DNA of 64,000 bases from Thermoplasmatales archaeon (GTDB lineage Archaea > Thermoplasmatota > Penumbrarchaeia > Penumbrarchaeales > Penumbrarchaeaceae). Each line of letters begins with the position of its first letter. Position 1 is the stretch's first letter. The position numbers and the translations under genes were made by a program. The stretch spans positions 1,418 through 65,417 of the forward strand of contig JAUVCN010000001.1 of the NCBI GenBank assembly GCA_030595715.1, given 5' to 3'. Shown here one piece after another: positions 53,212 through 63,388 of this stretch. The notes beneath the pieces were generated by a model. The model searched no databases, was not told the DNA's origin, and was given only the letters and a program-made list of their open reading frames with translations.

Positions 53212-53656
53212 GTATCAATTCCAGGTTGACAGTATAAGCATCCCAATCAGTGGCCCTTCCGTGGGCCCTTGGCATCCATCCTCTGAATACCTTCCCCTGA
53301 TTGGACGCGATGTGCTTTATTGTAAGTTGATCGGTGTCCAGACCGCTGTATTCCGCATTGGCCTCGCAGTCCTCAAGAAGCTTGAGGATCTTCGATGCTG
53401 CCTTCTGCGGGAATCTTCCCGGTCCGAAGCCTTTTCCCTTCCTATGGGGGACGCACCCTTTGAATCTCTTGAAGGGTACGGCTCTTTTCAGATCTATCAC
53501 ATCCTGAAGATAATCCTTTGCCTTCTTAAGGTCCATCCCTCTTATCTCTCTGCATATCTCCACAGAGTGCTTTGGTGAGATGTTCACCTCGATGGCCTGG
53601 GCCCTTGCGGATGTGTCTGGATCGGATTCCTTTGAATACCTCATGATATCCCTCAC
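53180..53656 (-). CDS. rpl22: Ribosomal protein uL22
   Basis: 158 aa. Confidence 0.9.
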   Translation of the reverse strand: MRDIMRYSKESDPDTSARAQAIEVNISPKHSVEICREIRGMDLKKAKDYLQDVIDLKRAVPFKRFKGCVPHRKGKGFGPGRFPQKAASKILKLLEDCEANAEYSGLDTDQLTIKHIASNQGKVFRGWMPRAHGRATDWDAYTVNLELILEERSDDNGQ

Positions 53657-54108
53657 TTCAGTGGCATGTACTTGGACGACCTTGTCGCCCCGACGCCCAC
53701 GCCTGTATGTTTGACGGTCTTCCTTGTCGGTGAGAACTCACCAACCAGGTGGCCTACCATCTCGATGGTCACCGGGACTTCCTTGAAGGCCCTACCGTCA
53801 TAGATTGCGATCGTCTTGCTGATCATATGTGGAAGGATCACGAGCTCACGGGAATGGGTCCTGATAACCTCATCTCCCCTTTCCAGATGTCTGAAGAACC
53901 GGGGATTCTTGTTGACCATTCCTCTGCTGACGGACCTTCTTGCCCTTGCAGAGAGAAGACCCATGAATTCATCGAGGGACATGGCCTGAAGCTCCTCAAG
54001 GGACTTGCCCCTGTAGAGGAACTCCTTCTTCTTCTTGGCGGCGATACGCCCCTTGAGCTTCCTCGCTTTCCTTCTTGCAGCCTTTGCTGTAGTTTTACCT
54101 CTTGCCAT
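53653..54108 (-). CDS. rps19: Ribosomal protein uS19
   Basis: 151 aa (ISKTIAIYDGRAFKEVPVTIEMVGHLVGEF). Confidence 0.9.
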   Translation of the reverse strand: MARGKTTAKAARRKARKLKGRIAAKKKKEFLYRGKSLEELQAMSLDEFMGLLSARARRSVSRGMVNKNPRFFRHLERGDEVIRTHSRELVILPHMISKTIAIYDGRAFKEVPVTIEMVGHLVGEFSPTRKTVKHTGVGVGATRSSKYMPLK

Positions 54109-54112
54109 TTAA

Positions 54113-54832
54113 TCACCCCCCCCTCTTCTTCTTGTCCTTGTTCTTCTTCCTGGAACTCATCCTTCCTACCTTCTGTCCAGGTGGGGCATGCTTGGAAACA
54201 GTACTTGGTTTTCCAACATGCTGGTGACCTCCACCTCCGTGGGGATGGTTCACCGGACTCATTGCAACACCTGAGACAACTGGATAATAGATAGCCTTCG
54301 ACCTGATAGCGTGGACCTTATTTCCTGCCTTGGCGAATGGAAGATCGGGCCTTCCACCACCGCCGGCCATACCTACAATGGCCCTGCATTGTCCTGATAG
54401 ATTCTTGAAGCTACCGGATGGCAGTTGGATGGTCACATCCTTACCCCTGGACACGATAATGGCGGATGTCCCGCCAGCTCTGACGAACTTTCCGCCGTCC
54501 AGAGGTTTTGCCTCTATATGGTAGATCGGAGTTCCCTCGGGGATCTCTTTCAGGGGGAGGATGTTACCTATCTTGATGGGTGCATCATCTCCCATGAGGA
54601 CCTCTTGACCTACCCTGAGACCCTCGGATGCGATCATGTATCTTACCCTTCCATCGTTCCAGGTCATCTTTGCCATGGGGGCCGAATGGCCCGGATCGTG
54701 GACGAGATCCACTACCCTGCCCCTGCCGGATTTCAATTTGGGCAGCTGGGCCGGGGTGAGGTGTCTGTGACTCGGGGACCTGTATACGGTAGTCCCCTTT
54801 CCTCTTCTTCTTGACTTGATTCTTTTTCCCAT
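54113..54832 (-). CDS. rpl2: Ribosomal protein uL2
   Basis: 239 aa (GGGRPDLPFAKAGNKVHAIRSKAIYYP ... HPHGGGGHQHVG). Confidence 0.9.
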   Translation of the reverse strand: MGKRIKSRRRGKGTTVYRSPSHRHLTPAQLPKLKSGRGRVVDLVHDPGHSAPMAKMTWNDGRVRYMIASEGLRVGQEVLMGDDAPIKIGNILPLKEIPEGTPIYHIEAKPLDGGKFVRAGGTSAIIVSRGKDVTIQLPSGSFKNLSGQCRAIVGMAGGGGRPDLPFAKAGNKVHAIRSKAIYYPVVSGVAMSPVNHPHGGGGHQHVGKPSTVSKHAPPGQKVGRMSSRKKNKDKKKRGG

Positions 54833-54845
54833 GATCAGACCCCCC

Positions 54846-55112
54846 TTAGAATATTCCTATCCTCATGCCCACGTCATCGGCTTTGTATTCCTTTGTGAGC
54901 TTAATGATCGCCTGCTTTCCAAATCGGGTGTGTTTTACGTTCACCCTCTCCACCTTGACCTCGAATAGCTCTTCGAAGGCTTTCTTCACTTCCGGCTTGG
55001 TGGACCCTTCCTTCACTATGAACATGATGGAATTGTGGACCTCCATAAGGTTGAGGGTCTTTTCGGTCACATAGGGATGGAGAAGGATGGTGTGAGGCAT
55101 ATTCCTTATCAT
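54846..55112 (-). CDS. rpl23: Ribosomal protein uL23
   Basis: 88 aa. Confidence 0.9.
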   Translation of the reverse strand: MIRNMPHTILLHPYVTEKTLNLMEVHNSIMFIVKEGSTKPEVKKAFEELFEVKVERVNVKHTRFGKQAIIKLTKEYKADDVGMRIGIF

Positions 55113-55936
55113 CAGTTCTCACCTCCCAATGTGTCGAATGCTTTCTTTGTGAAAAGCACGAGCCTGCCCGGGTCACCACCCGGAGCGAGAAGCTCCGTGT
55201 TGATCTCCCTGGGGCTGACGGTGTTCACACCAGGAAGGTTCTTGGCGCCAACAAGGACAGCTGATCCTTCTGTCGCAACGATAAGAATGGATTTCGGTTG
55301 TCTATACCGTCTTCCTCTCATCTTTCCCCTGCCTGCCCTGATATGTTTTCCATCATGGGCCCTTATGATATCATCTTCGACACCAACCGATCTGAGAACA
55401 GAGAGGATCTCCTGTGTTCTGGCCATCGATTCGATCTTGTCATCGAGAACCACTGGAAGGGTAAGCCCCTCCTTGAACCGATGTCCTCTTGCCCTGACCA
55501 TCTCTTCGGAAGAGACGGCTGCAAGTGCAGAGGCTTTGGCTATCCTCTTTTCCTTGGTGTTGATCTTCTTTTCGAAGGAATGTTCCGGCCTCGGAGGGTG
55601 GGCCCTTCTTCCGCCCACATTGTTTGGAGACTCGGCACCCTTTCTTCCCTGAGAAAGCCTCTGGACACGAGCGACGCCCCTTCCTTTTCCCCAGGTAGAT
55701 GTTGCATGTCTCATACCTGCGGACCTATTTGGGCCGTATCTCTGTCTCCTGTTAGCCTGGGCCGATACTACGGCCCTTCTTATGAGATCGGGTCTGAAAG
55801 ATGTCGTGAAGACCTCGGGGAGGTCTACTTTTCCTTTCACCTTACCATTGATCCCGTAAACGTTCACCGATGCTCCAGCAGGAGCCTTCTTCTTGGTGGC
55901 GGTCCGAACAGTTTTCTTTTCAGCCATATGGATCAC
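55112..55936 (-). CDS. rpl4: Ribosomal protein uL4
   Basis: 274 aa. Confidence 0.9.
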   Translation of the reverse strand: MIHMAEKKTVRTATKKKAPAGASVNVYGINGKVKGKVDLPEVFTTSFRPDLIRRAVVSAQANRRQRYGPNRSAGMRHATSTWGKGRGVARVQRLSQGRKGAESPNNVGGRRAHPPRPEHSFEKKINTKEKRIAKASALAAVSSEEMVRARGHRFKEGLTLPVVLDDKIESMARTQEILSVLRSVGVEDDIIRAHDGKHIRAGRGKMRGRRYRQPKSILIVATEGSAVLVGAKNLPGVNTVSPREINTELLAPGGDPGRLVLFTKKAFDTLGGEN

Positions 55937-55937
55937 C

Positions 55938-56933
55938 TCATTTCCCCTGTTTTGATGATGTGCTCACATAGGTGATCTCGGGAACCTTGACCTCGACACC
56001 CTTTCTCCTTACAGCGTCCCTGAACCTGATAAGCCTCTTGGTAACACCAGGTATGGACCCATGAATGAGCACATAGTTGTTCGTTACATCACCATAATGA
56101 AGGAACCCACCCTTGGGATTGATCTCTGAAGGGTCCTTTCCGACCTTCAGGATCCTCTTGTTGAATTCCGTCCTTTTATGATATCCCATTTGACCGGAGT
56201 TCGGAACAGTGGCCATGATCCAGGCAGGATGCCATGGACCCTGTGTCCCTATCATCCTTCTGTGCTTGGAGTTCTTGTGGGTAAGGAGCTTAACTCCGAA
56301 CCTTTTATTCAGTCCCTGAAATCCTTTCCCCTTTGATGTGGATATGATATCGACCATGGCGCCTTCCACCTGGAACTCGTTGAAATCAACGTCCTTTCCA
56401 ATGAGGCCTTTTGCGTATTCCACCCTTTCCTTGATGGTTCCGCCACCGATATTCATCTCCATGATCTCAGGTTTCTTCTTTGGGACCGACTTGACATCAA
56501 AAGGTTTTGAATGGACGATCACCCTGACCTCATCGACACCATCATCGGTGATGGACTTCAGATCGGGTTTCTTTCCCTTCAAAGGCACCGGTAAGGTCCT
56601 CAGAAGCTCCTTATCGAGCTTGTCGGTCCAAACCTCTTTGAGTGTGGTCAATCCGTAAGTAGTTTCCTCGTATAGTCTCATCCCAACGACCTTCATTGGA
56701 GGTACTTCAACCACCGTGACCGGGGCCATAACTTCCTGTCCAGATGTAGTGGATGTCGGCCTGTAATCGATCATGAAAACATGGGTCATTCCTGCTTTGT
56801 ATCCTGCGAATCCCTGCAGTTTGGGTTCCGATCCCCCTTCTGGCCAATGTTTGACGATAGGGGTTTCCCTCTTTGTCCTCTTTCGAGGATAGTGGGCCAT
56901 GGACCCTCTCCTTGGGTTGTGTTTCTTTCCCAT
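55938..56933 (-). CDS. rpl3: Ribosomal protein uL3
   Basis: 331 aa. This is the first gene of the superoperon, with GGAGG 8 nt upstream of the ATG. Confidence 0.9.
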   Translation of the reverse strand: MGKKHNPRRGSMAHYPRKRTKRETPIVKHWPEGGSEPKLQGFAGYKAGMTHVFMIDYRPTSTTSGQEVMAPVTVVEVPPMKVVGMRLYEETTYGLTTLKEVWTDKLDKELLRTLPVPLKGKKPDLKSITDDGVDEVRVIVHSKPFDVKSVPKKKPEIMEMNIGGGTIKERVEYAKGLIGKDVDFNEFQVEGAMVDIISTSKGKGFQGLNKRFGVKLLTHKNSKHRRMIGTQGPWHPAWIMATVPNSGQMGYHKRTEFNKRILKVGKDPSEINPKGGFLHYGDVTNNYVLIHGSIPGVTKRLIRFRDAVRRKGVEVKVPEITYVSTSSKQGK

Positions 56934-56944
56934 ATCATTCCTCC

Positions 56945-57160
56945 GAGCTTATCTCCGAGTAAATGCCGGTTGTTGGCGGAGCTATACCTGCCCTGCGTGT
57001 TTTACACAAGAGGTTGCTCCTTCGCCTATCCGACCGTTACGTCCTTTCCGGAGCCGACAAGTCTCCCCCTTGGGGGCTTATCTCCAGATATAGGGTCCCG
57101 GGTGGGTTGCCCTTGACGTTTGGCCGGAGGGCCTCTATGCGCTTTGGCACCCGGCCATAA
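56945..57160 (-). ncRNA. Candidate structured RNA: a GC-rich 5' leader of the rpl3 operon or an independent ncRNA such as SRP RNA (unverified)
   Basis: A roughly 215-nt stretch of high GC content carries several stable hairpins on the minus strand: GGCCGG...CCGGCC, CCCCCAAGGGGG, and GCUCC...GGAGC enclosing CCGGAAAGGACGUAACGG. TTTATATAT lies at 57167-57180 upstream. The region is non-coding in all frames. Confidence 0.3.
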
Positions 57161-57265
57161 AAGAAATGATATATAAATGTTATCCAAATATTGGGACCTG
57201 TCCCCCCATATAGAACTATTTTTTTTCATCCTTGGGGTTATATACGATCATTGGATAGCCGATCA

Positions 57266-57505
57266 TCATTCATTGGAGTTCGTGGATGCTGCGGCCTCGT
57301 TGAGGTCCTTCATAAGAGCATCGATGTCCATTCCATGGGCTCCAGCTCCCTGTTCAATGGATTCGAAATTTGCCATTGCACAACCGATGCATCCGAGTCC
57401 GTGCTGGATGAATACCGGCACCAGTTCCGGATGTTTTTGTATCACGTCGGATATTCCCATATCCCTTGTTATCAGATCTGTCATGATCTCACCTTGACAA
57501 GCCAT
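57266..57505 (-). CDS. DUF1858-type small redox/disulfide domain protein (hybrid-cluster-protein-associated domain family)
   Basis: 79 aa with the pattern DVIQKHPELVPVFIQHGLGCIGCAMANFESIEQGAGAHGMDIDALMKDLN. Confidence 0.6.
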   Translation of the reverse strand: MACQGEIMTDLITRDMGISDVIQKHPELVPVFIQHGLGCIGCAMANFESIEQGAGAHGMDIDALMKDLNEAAASTNSNE

Positions 57506-57594
57506 GTCTACTTTTGATATAAATCTTGAGCCTGTAAATGACGTGAAAAGGTTAATACACCGAGCTCATATCCCGGTCCATCGGAGGCTTGTAG

Positions 57595-59337
57595 GTGCCC
57601 GTGATCAACCTTGGCATAGAAGACCTGGAAAGGCTCGTTGGAGAAGGATTCTGCCTTGAAGAGTTCAACACAGAGATCCCCATGATAGGCGCTACCATCG
57701 AGAAAGTGGAAGGTGATGACCTGGCGGTGGAGTTCTTTCCGAACCGACCCGACCTTTTCTCGGTCGAGGGCATTGCCAGAGCATACCGGAGGTTCAAAGG
57801 TACTGAGGACAGGGACCTCTCTTCCACCCACAGGATCAGAGGAAGTTCCGGGATAGAGCTCATTGTCGACATTGGAGTGAAGGATATCAGACCTGTTATC
57901 GGGGCTGCCTTCGTAAGAGGCGTCAAGATCGATGAGGATTCCCTTATCTCGATAATGAACCTCCAGGAGAAGCTTCATATCACGGTCGGTCGAAAGAGAA
58001 AGAAGGTTGCGATCGGCATACATGATGCAGGTCCACTTTCACCACCATTCAGATACTGGGCGGCATCACCTGATGAGATCAGCTTCGTTCCGCTTCAGAA
58101 GGATGAGGAATGGGACCTGAACAGGATCCTCGAAGAGCATGAAAAAGGAACAGCATATGCATGGATCCTCGAAGGAATGGAAAAATATCCCATGATCACG
58201 GATTCGAGGAAGCAGGTACTATCATTCCCTCCTGTCATCAACGGGGAACTGACAAAGGTAACAGAGGAAACGAAGGATATCTTTGTTGACTGCACGGGAT
58301 GGGACCTGAAAGCTGTGACCCTTGCTGTCAACATTGTTTGTGCCCAACTCATTGACAGAGGTGGAACGGTAGAGGATGTGAAGGTGACCTATCCCGACAA
58401 TGAAGAGTTCAAGGATCTTGGACTTGAAACAGAGATGTGGCCGAGGATGGATTGGAGGGAAACTTCGATCGACATCGATTGGGCCAGGAATTGGCTTGGG
58501 AAGGAACTCTCTTCGGAGGAACTGGCCCACTCGCTTCGAACAATGGGGTTCGAGAAGATCAATGAGGAAAAGGGAGCCATCAAATGCCTTATTCCACCCT
58601 GGAGAAATGACATACTCCATCAGGCGGACCTTGTAGAGGACATTGCAATAGGATACGGATTCCAGAGGTTCAGCGGAGAGAGCTCAAGATCCGTAACCAT
58701 CGGTTCCGAGAGGAAGCTATCCACCATCTCCAGATATATCCGGCAAACAATGACTGGACTGGGATTCCTGGAGGTAAGGACGATCTCGCTGTCCAACGAG
58801 AAGGTCCAGTTCAACCTGATGGAAAGGAACGAGGTAGAACATATCAGGCTTACCAATCCTATCACCATCGACCATACGATGATCAGAATGTCGGTCATAC
58901 CAAGCCTTCTTTCCCTTCTCAGGTCCAACAAACACAGGGATCTCCCACAGAGGATCTTCGAGAACGCCGATATCATGGTTGGAAACCACAGCAAGAACAT
59001 GTTCTGCGCACTGAGCGAGGATAACAGGGCATCCTTTACCGAAGCAAAGGGTTATCTCCAGAGGATCCTGCAGGACCTCGGGATAGCATTCATCCTAGAG
59101 CCGGCGGACCTTGGATGGTATATCAAAGGAAGGGGAGCTGCGATAATGGTGGAAGTACCTGAAGGAAAGCGGGACGGTCATGTCGGCCCTTTCCCCGAGT
59201 TGGAGGGTGGAAAAATGGTCCCCCTCGGTCATTTCGGTGAGGTCCATCCCGGATCGATCTCCGCATATGAACTTTCAGCTCCGGTGTCCGCAATAGAGAT
59301 GGACCTGGACCTGATCATGGAATTGACCGGATTGTGA
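57595..59337 (+). CDS. pheT: Phenylalanine--tRNA ligase beta subunit (archaeal type), GTG start
   Basis: 580 aa with B3/4 and B5 domains and a class II-like catalytic-fold remnant at the C-terminus. Confidence 0.9.
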   Translation: MPVINLGIEDLERLVGEGFCLEEFNTEIPMIGATIEKVEGDDLAVEFFPNRPDLFSVEGIARAYRRFKGTEDRDLSSTHRIRGSSGIELIVDIGVKDIRPVIGAAFVRGVKIDEDSLISIMNLQEKLHITVGRKRKKVAIGIHDAGPLSPPFRYWAASPDEISFVPLQKDEEWDLNRILEEHEKGTAYAWILEGMEKYPMITDSRKQVLSFPPVINGELTKVTEETKDIFVDCTGWDLKAVTLAVNIVCAQLIDRGGTVEDVKVTYPDNEEFKDLGLETEMWPRMDWRETSIDIDWARNWLGKELSSEELAHSLRTMGFEKINEEKGAIKCLIPPWRNDILHQADLVEDIAIGYGFQRFSGESSRSVTIGSERKLSTISRYIRQTMTGLGFLEVRTISLSNEKVQFNLMERNEVEHIRLTNPITIDHTMIRMSVIPSLLSLLRSNKHRDLPQRIFENADIMVGNHSKNMFCALSEDNRASFTEAKGYLQRILQDLGIAFILEPADLGWYIKGRGAAIMVEVPEGKRDGHVGPFPELEGGKMVPLGHFGEVHPGSISAYELSAPVSAIEMDLDLIMELTGL

Positions 59338-59490
59338 TCCGAATATCATTGAAAATGCAAAGAATATTGCCATCCCCTCACACTCGTCATGAGGCCCCCT
59401 TCCGGACTTCAATTTATCAGAACATACAGGATATATCGGTCAATATTTTTATTTTGGATGAATTGAAGGTTCCAGTATTATAGAGACCCG

Positions 59491-59505
59491 ATAAATGTTA
59501 ATAAT
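59491..59505 (+). promoter_or_regulatory. Candidate TATA box (ATAAATGTTAATAAT) about 30 nt upstream of the 59529 ATG
   Basis: An AT-rich box at the correct spacing for a leaderless transcript. Confidence 0.3.
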
Positions 59506-59528
59506 CCGCATATCCATAGGAAAAAACG

Positions 59529-61928
59529 ATGGGTTTCAGTTTCAAGGGTAAAGATGAAAAGAAAGTAAAAATTGCATTTGCAGTAATTGCGATATCCCTT
59601 CTCATCATTTCCGGGATCCTCGTAATAAAAGGATTCATCGGATCCGATGGTGGAGGTCTTGTCCTCGAGATCACCGATGTTCTTGACCTTGTTTCGGAGA
59701 GACGAACAGGATCATATGACCACATTATCCTGGAGAGCGATGATAGGATGGGGGCGCTTGTGGCTGTACCTCTTGCCTGCTGGTATGATATTACAGACGG
59801 GTCATCCGAACTCTTCCCGCTGCTTGTGGGAAAGAACGATGCCACGGAGAGATTCACCTCATATACTCAACCTGCAGATGAATTGTATATAGAGGACCTT
59901 CCCGAAAAAACGGCAGAAAGGTTCCATAACAGCGCTGAACTTGCCAGGATGGCATTCGTAGGATCTGCTGGTTTCATGCTGATCTCCGATTCCGACGAGG
60001 GGTACGAACTCGGTCTGATATCGGCTCCAATGGCATCCTATCTGAACATACCAGCCCTTGTGGCTGATGATAGGATCCATACGTATGAGGTCAGTTCTTT
60101 TTCCAACGATCTTGGATGTACATACGTGATAGCCGTGGGGGAAGAAGCAGTTGACATTGCCAGGAATGCGGGATTGAACAGGATAGAGATAATGAATGGA
60201 ACAGAAGCATTCCTCGATACTGCAACGGTTGTCGAGGATCGATTCTCCAGACTCGATTACATGACCCTGACAAATCCAATGGACACCATTGCTCCCTATC
60301 TCGAGAATGATATCATGGACGAACGTTCCCAGGATGTCGATTCCATCCTGGTAGATACCGGTTCAAGGGACCTCGACCTTCTTGGTGAATCCGTAATGAC
60401 GCATGACATCGAGGTTCTCGAGGGTATCGTGAACCTCCGGATCAACGTCAATTTCACGGATATCCAGGCTCATCCACTTGACCCCTTCAAGGATCGATTG
60501 AACGTCGATCCCATGAGTTTCCTGACCCTGACGGATACGGAGGGAAACCTCGTGGCATCCTCCCCGAGCTTTGCGGTTGGATACGGGAAGAACTTCGTGG
60601 AGAGCCTCGTCGTTGATCACCCTGGAACCTACCGGTTGGAGGTCAAGGTCTATTACGGGGTGAAAGGTCTCTCAACGATGATGGGAACCTCCTTCGGCAT
60701 CTCCAGATTGGAAGGGACCTACTCCATAGAGACGCATAACAGGGTCCTGTCACAATCTCATCTTCCGATGTACGAGGACCTGTCCATGATGGCACCATAC
60801 CTGTCTGCTTCCAGGGGTGGCCTCGTAATAGCTTCTTCGGATCTTTCCTTGTATAGACCGGAGGATATCGATGAGTATAGGGGTTACAGTAGTGGACCTT
60901 GGTACCAGAAAGACCTTCTCGAGTTCGGGAAGAACAGGGCTGAGAACAATGCCGAGATACTGAGGTCTAGGATCGATATGCTTCCCGAGGAATTGAAGAA
61001 TACCTATATCAGTGAACATGGGTGGCTGGCACTTCTTGGTGGAGGGAATATGATCCCCATGTCATACGAGGAGAAGGACCCGTCCTGGGTGGAAAATGAG
61101 ATCTGGGGAACCGGTTGGGCTACGGACCTGCCGTATTCACTTGACCTCGTCCTATCAGTGGGGAGACCTCTCGGGAGGGACCTATCCGATGTTTCGGCCC
61201 TCATTGCAAGGACCCTCTTCTACGAGGAATACACCGAAGGTCACATCGAAGCGATGAGCATCAAATACGGAAACTCGGGAACGTTCAAGGACCATTTCCA
61301 TTTCCTGGCGGGAGAGGGCGGCGGAAGGACTGGGTGGCTGTTCCACCAGAGGGAATTCTCTGCCATCGCCGAGGACCACGGTTTCATTTCCGAGGTCTAC
61401 ATGCAGGACTACGAGAATGGAAGGGAATACATGGTATCCCAGGGAGCTTTCGAGAGGGCCAATTACTTCGAGATGATCCTTCACGGTGACTGGTCCTGGT
61501 TCTCTCCAGAGCTTAACGGTTGGGACAGATATTCCACGGGTGTCAGGGTGACGGATATCATGAGGGAACCTCTTGACTGGCAGCTTGGACCATCAGTGTT
61601 CAATTCCGGTGTCTGCCTTCTGGGTAGGCTCGGAGGCCTTAGGCCGGAACAATCCATCACCCAGGCATTCTTCCATGCAGGGATCAACGCGTTCTTCTGC
61701 TCCACGAGGTCCACAGGATCAGAAGCAAAGGCAGGTCCCATCGAAGAGGCTTTGTTGTTCGAGGACCTATCCACAGGTGAAGCGATAAGGAAGGATAAGA
61801 GGGACAATCCCGCACCACCCACATTCTTTGTGAGGACCCTTTATGGAGATCCGGCTTTCAACCCGTATGAACCTGAAAATGGTTATGGTGACCAGGGAAG
61901 ACCTCAGACTGTAAGGTCACTTGCATAA
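59529..61928 (+). CDS. Membrane-anchored extracellular protein, paralog of 15863..17851 (C25/clostripain-like His/Cys peptidase fold predicted)
   Basis: 799 aa with an N-terminal TM (IAFAVIAISLLIISGILVI). Candidate dyad motifs are MILHGDWSWFSP and FNSGVCLLGRLGG. The C-terminal motif YGDPAFNPYEP is shared with the paralog (YGDPAFRPAID). Confidence 0.55.
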   Translation: MGFSFKGKDEKKVKIAFAVIAISLLIISGILVIKGFIGSDGGGLVLEITDVLDLVSERRTGSYDHIILESDDRMGALVAVPLACWYDITDGSSELFPLLVGKNDATERFTSYTQPADELYIEDLPEKTAERFHNSAELARMAFVGSAGFMLISDSDEGYELGLISAPMASYLNIPALVADDRIHTYEVSSFSNDLGCTYVIAVGEEAVDIARNAGLNRIEIMNGTEAFLDTATVVEDRFSRLDYMTLTNPMDTIAPYLENDIMDERSQDVDSILVDTGSRDLDLLGESVMTHDIEVLEGIVNLRINVNFTDIQAHPLDPFKDRLNVDPMSFLTLTDTEGNLVASSPSFAVGYGKNFVESLVVDHPGTYRLEVKVYYGVKGLSTMMGTSFGISRLEGTYSIETHNRVLSQSHLPMYEDLSMMAPYLSASRGGLVIASSDLSLYRPEDIDEYRGYSSGPWYQKDLLEFGKNRAENNAEILRSRIDMLPEELKNTYISEHGWLALLGGGNMIPMSYEEKDPSWVENEIWGTGWATDLPYSLDLVLSVGRPLGRDLSDVSALIARTLFYEEYTEGHIEAMSIKYGNSGTFKDHFHFLAGEGGGRTGWLFHQREFSAIAEDHGFISEVYMQDYENGREYMVSQGAFERANYFEMILHGDWSWFSPELNGWDRYSTGVRVTDIMREPLDWQLGPSVFNSGVCLLGRLGGLRPEQSITQAFFHAGINAFFCSTRSTGSEAKAGPIEEALLFEDLSTGEAIRKDKRDNPAPPTFFVRTLYGDPAFNPYEPENGYGDQGRPQTVRSLA

Positions 61929-62032
61929 AAGATCGATCTAAGCAAGTTTCACTTTAAACGAATTAGATATTCTCTATCGGGATCATGGAATACATCCTCT
62001 GCTAATGTGAACGAGCTACATGTAGAAACAAA

Positions 62033-63388
62033 GTGGATATAGTCGTTGAGGAATACAATTGTAATATGAAATCCAGAAGCAGGGGAGCTGCAATTTCTTT
62101 GATCTTTCTATTTCTTCTGACCTTCGGTTCAATGGGAGCCCTCGGAGATGGCGTGGTCATCAATTACGAGTCTGTTGACCTTCTCAAGGAGGAGAACCAG
62201 ATCACGATCATCCACCATGAAAATGGGCTGCAGAGGATGGTAGTATCCATTCAAACTGAGGAAGTTGGAACATCAAGGTCCGTCTGGATATTCCCAGTCC
62301 CCGCATTACCCAGCAGCATCAACATCTCTATTGAAAAGACATTCCCCATCCTTAAGGGAGAGAACATAGAGAAAGCTGCAGACAAGGAGTTGAATGATCT
62401 TAAGAGGAGCATACACATGATGCATTTCGCCTCGCTCATTCCAATGGGAAGGATCCTTCTGGGCATGGATTCCATGTCAGACTCTACTGGATCACTTGGT
62501 GAGAAAGGCAGTGTCAGCATTCATAAGGTGATCGAAGCGGATGGAGTTCACTCGGAGGTGGTCTCATCCTTGAGCGGAACAGATATCCTGGACCACCTGA
62601 AGAACAATGGACTCGACATATCGACCGACCTCCTGCCCCAGCTTGACCATTACATCGATGGAGATTTCACATTCATTCTATCCTGGATCGTGAATATTTC
62701 AGAGCTTGGTGCTAGACCAGGTATCTATCTTGAGTTCCCCACAGAACAGATATTCTATCCGATGTATCTCACAAGCGCCTACGGAGATACAAGGATCCCA
62801 GTTGACATCATAATACTGGACCATGTCATACCAGATAACAGGGAGGAACTTGGATATTCGATCAAATGCACATATTTTGGGTCCGCGTATATGTATGTAA
62901 TAGATAATGAAGGTACAACCTACTCGACCTGGGAAGAAAATTGTGGTGAGATCTCATGTTTTCTCGGTGCTGTCTCCGGTGACATGTATCGTTTCACCTT
63001 GATGGAAATCGATACAGAAGCTCAAAATTTCGATAGGGACCTGACCTTTAGTTCATATCAACCAAAGGTCAGGGAATTGAATTGGGATGATGAATGGGGA
63101 TCCGCTGTCTTCACGATGTTCCTTTTCTCATTATTATCCTCTATCCTGCTTTCGACATCCATCAGCTACATTCTCTTCAAGGATGACAAGAAGCAGATGG
63201 GAAGGTATGCCCTGATGGGACTTCTCAATCCATTCTGGATCTTCCTTTTTGTTATTACCTTCACATTGGTCTCGGTGATATCAAAGTCTGATTGGAAGAG
63301 ATCACTTGTATATCTGTTCTGCTTTCTTGTCCTTCATTCACTTTCAATAGTAATGTTCGTGGAACTCTATTTCCATATCAAGTTCTAA
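62033..63388 (+). CDS. Secreted protein with a C-terminal polytopic membrane anchor (hypothetical)
   Basis: 451 aa with a signal peptide, a roughly 330-aa ectodomain and about 3 C-terminal TM helices. It lies directly downstream of the peptidase paralog. Confidence 0.55.
   Translation: MDIVVEEYNCNMKSRSRGAAISLIFLFLLTFGSMGALGDGVVINYESVDLLKEENQITIIHHENGLQRMVVSIQTEEVGTSRSVWIFPVPALPSSINISIEKTFPILKGENIEKAADKELNDLKRSIHMMHFASLIPMGRILLGMDSMSDSTGSLGEKGSVSIHKVIEADGVHSEVVSSLSGTDILDHLKNNGLDISTDLLPQLDHYIDGDFTFILSWIVNISELGARPGIYLEFPTEQIFYPMYLTSAYGDTRIPVDIIILDHVIPDNREELGYSIKCTYFGSAYMYVIDNEGTTYSTWEENCGEISCFLGAVSGDMYRFTLMEIDTEAQNFDRDLTFSSYQPKVRELNWDDEWGSAVFTMFLFSLLSSILLSTSISYILFKDDKKQMGRYALMGLLNPFWIFLFVITFTLVSVISKSDWKRSLVYLFCFLVLHSLSIVMFVELYFHIKF

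Noticed and set aside
57508-58023. 171-aa minus-strand ORF.
   Set aside because: It lies entirely antisense within pheT, whose product is strongly conserved, and has no motif of its own.
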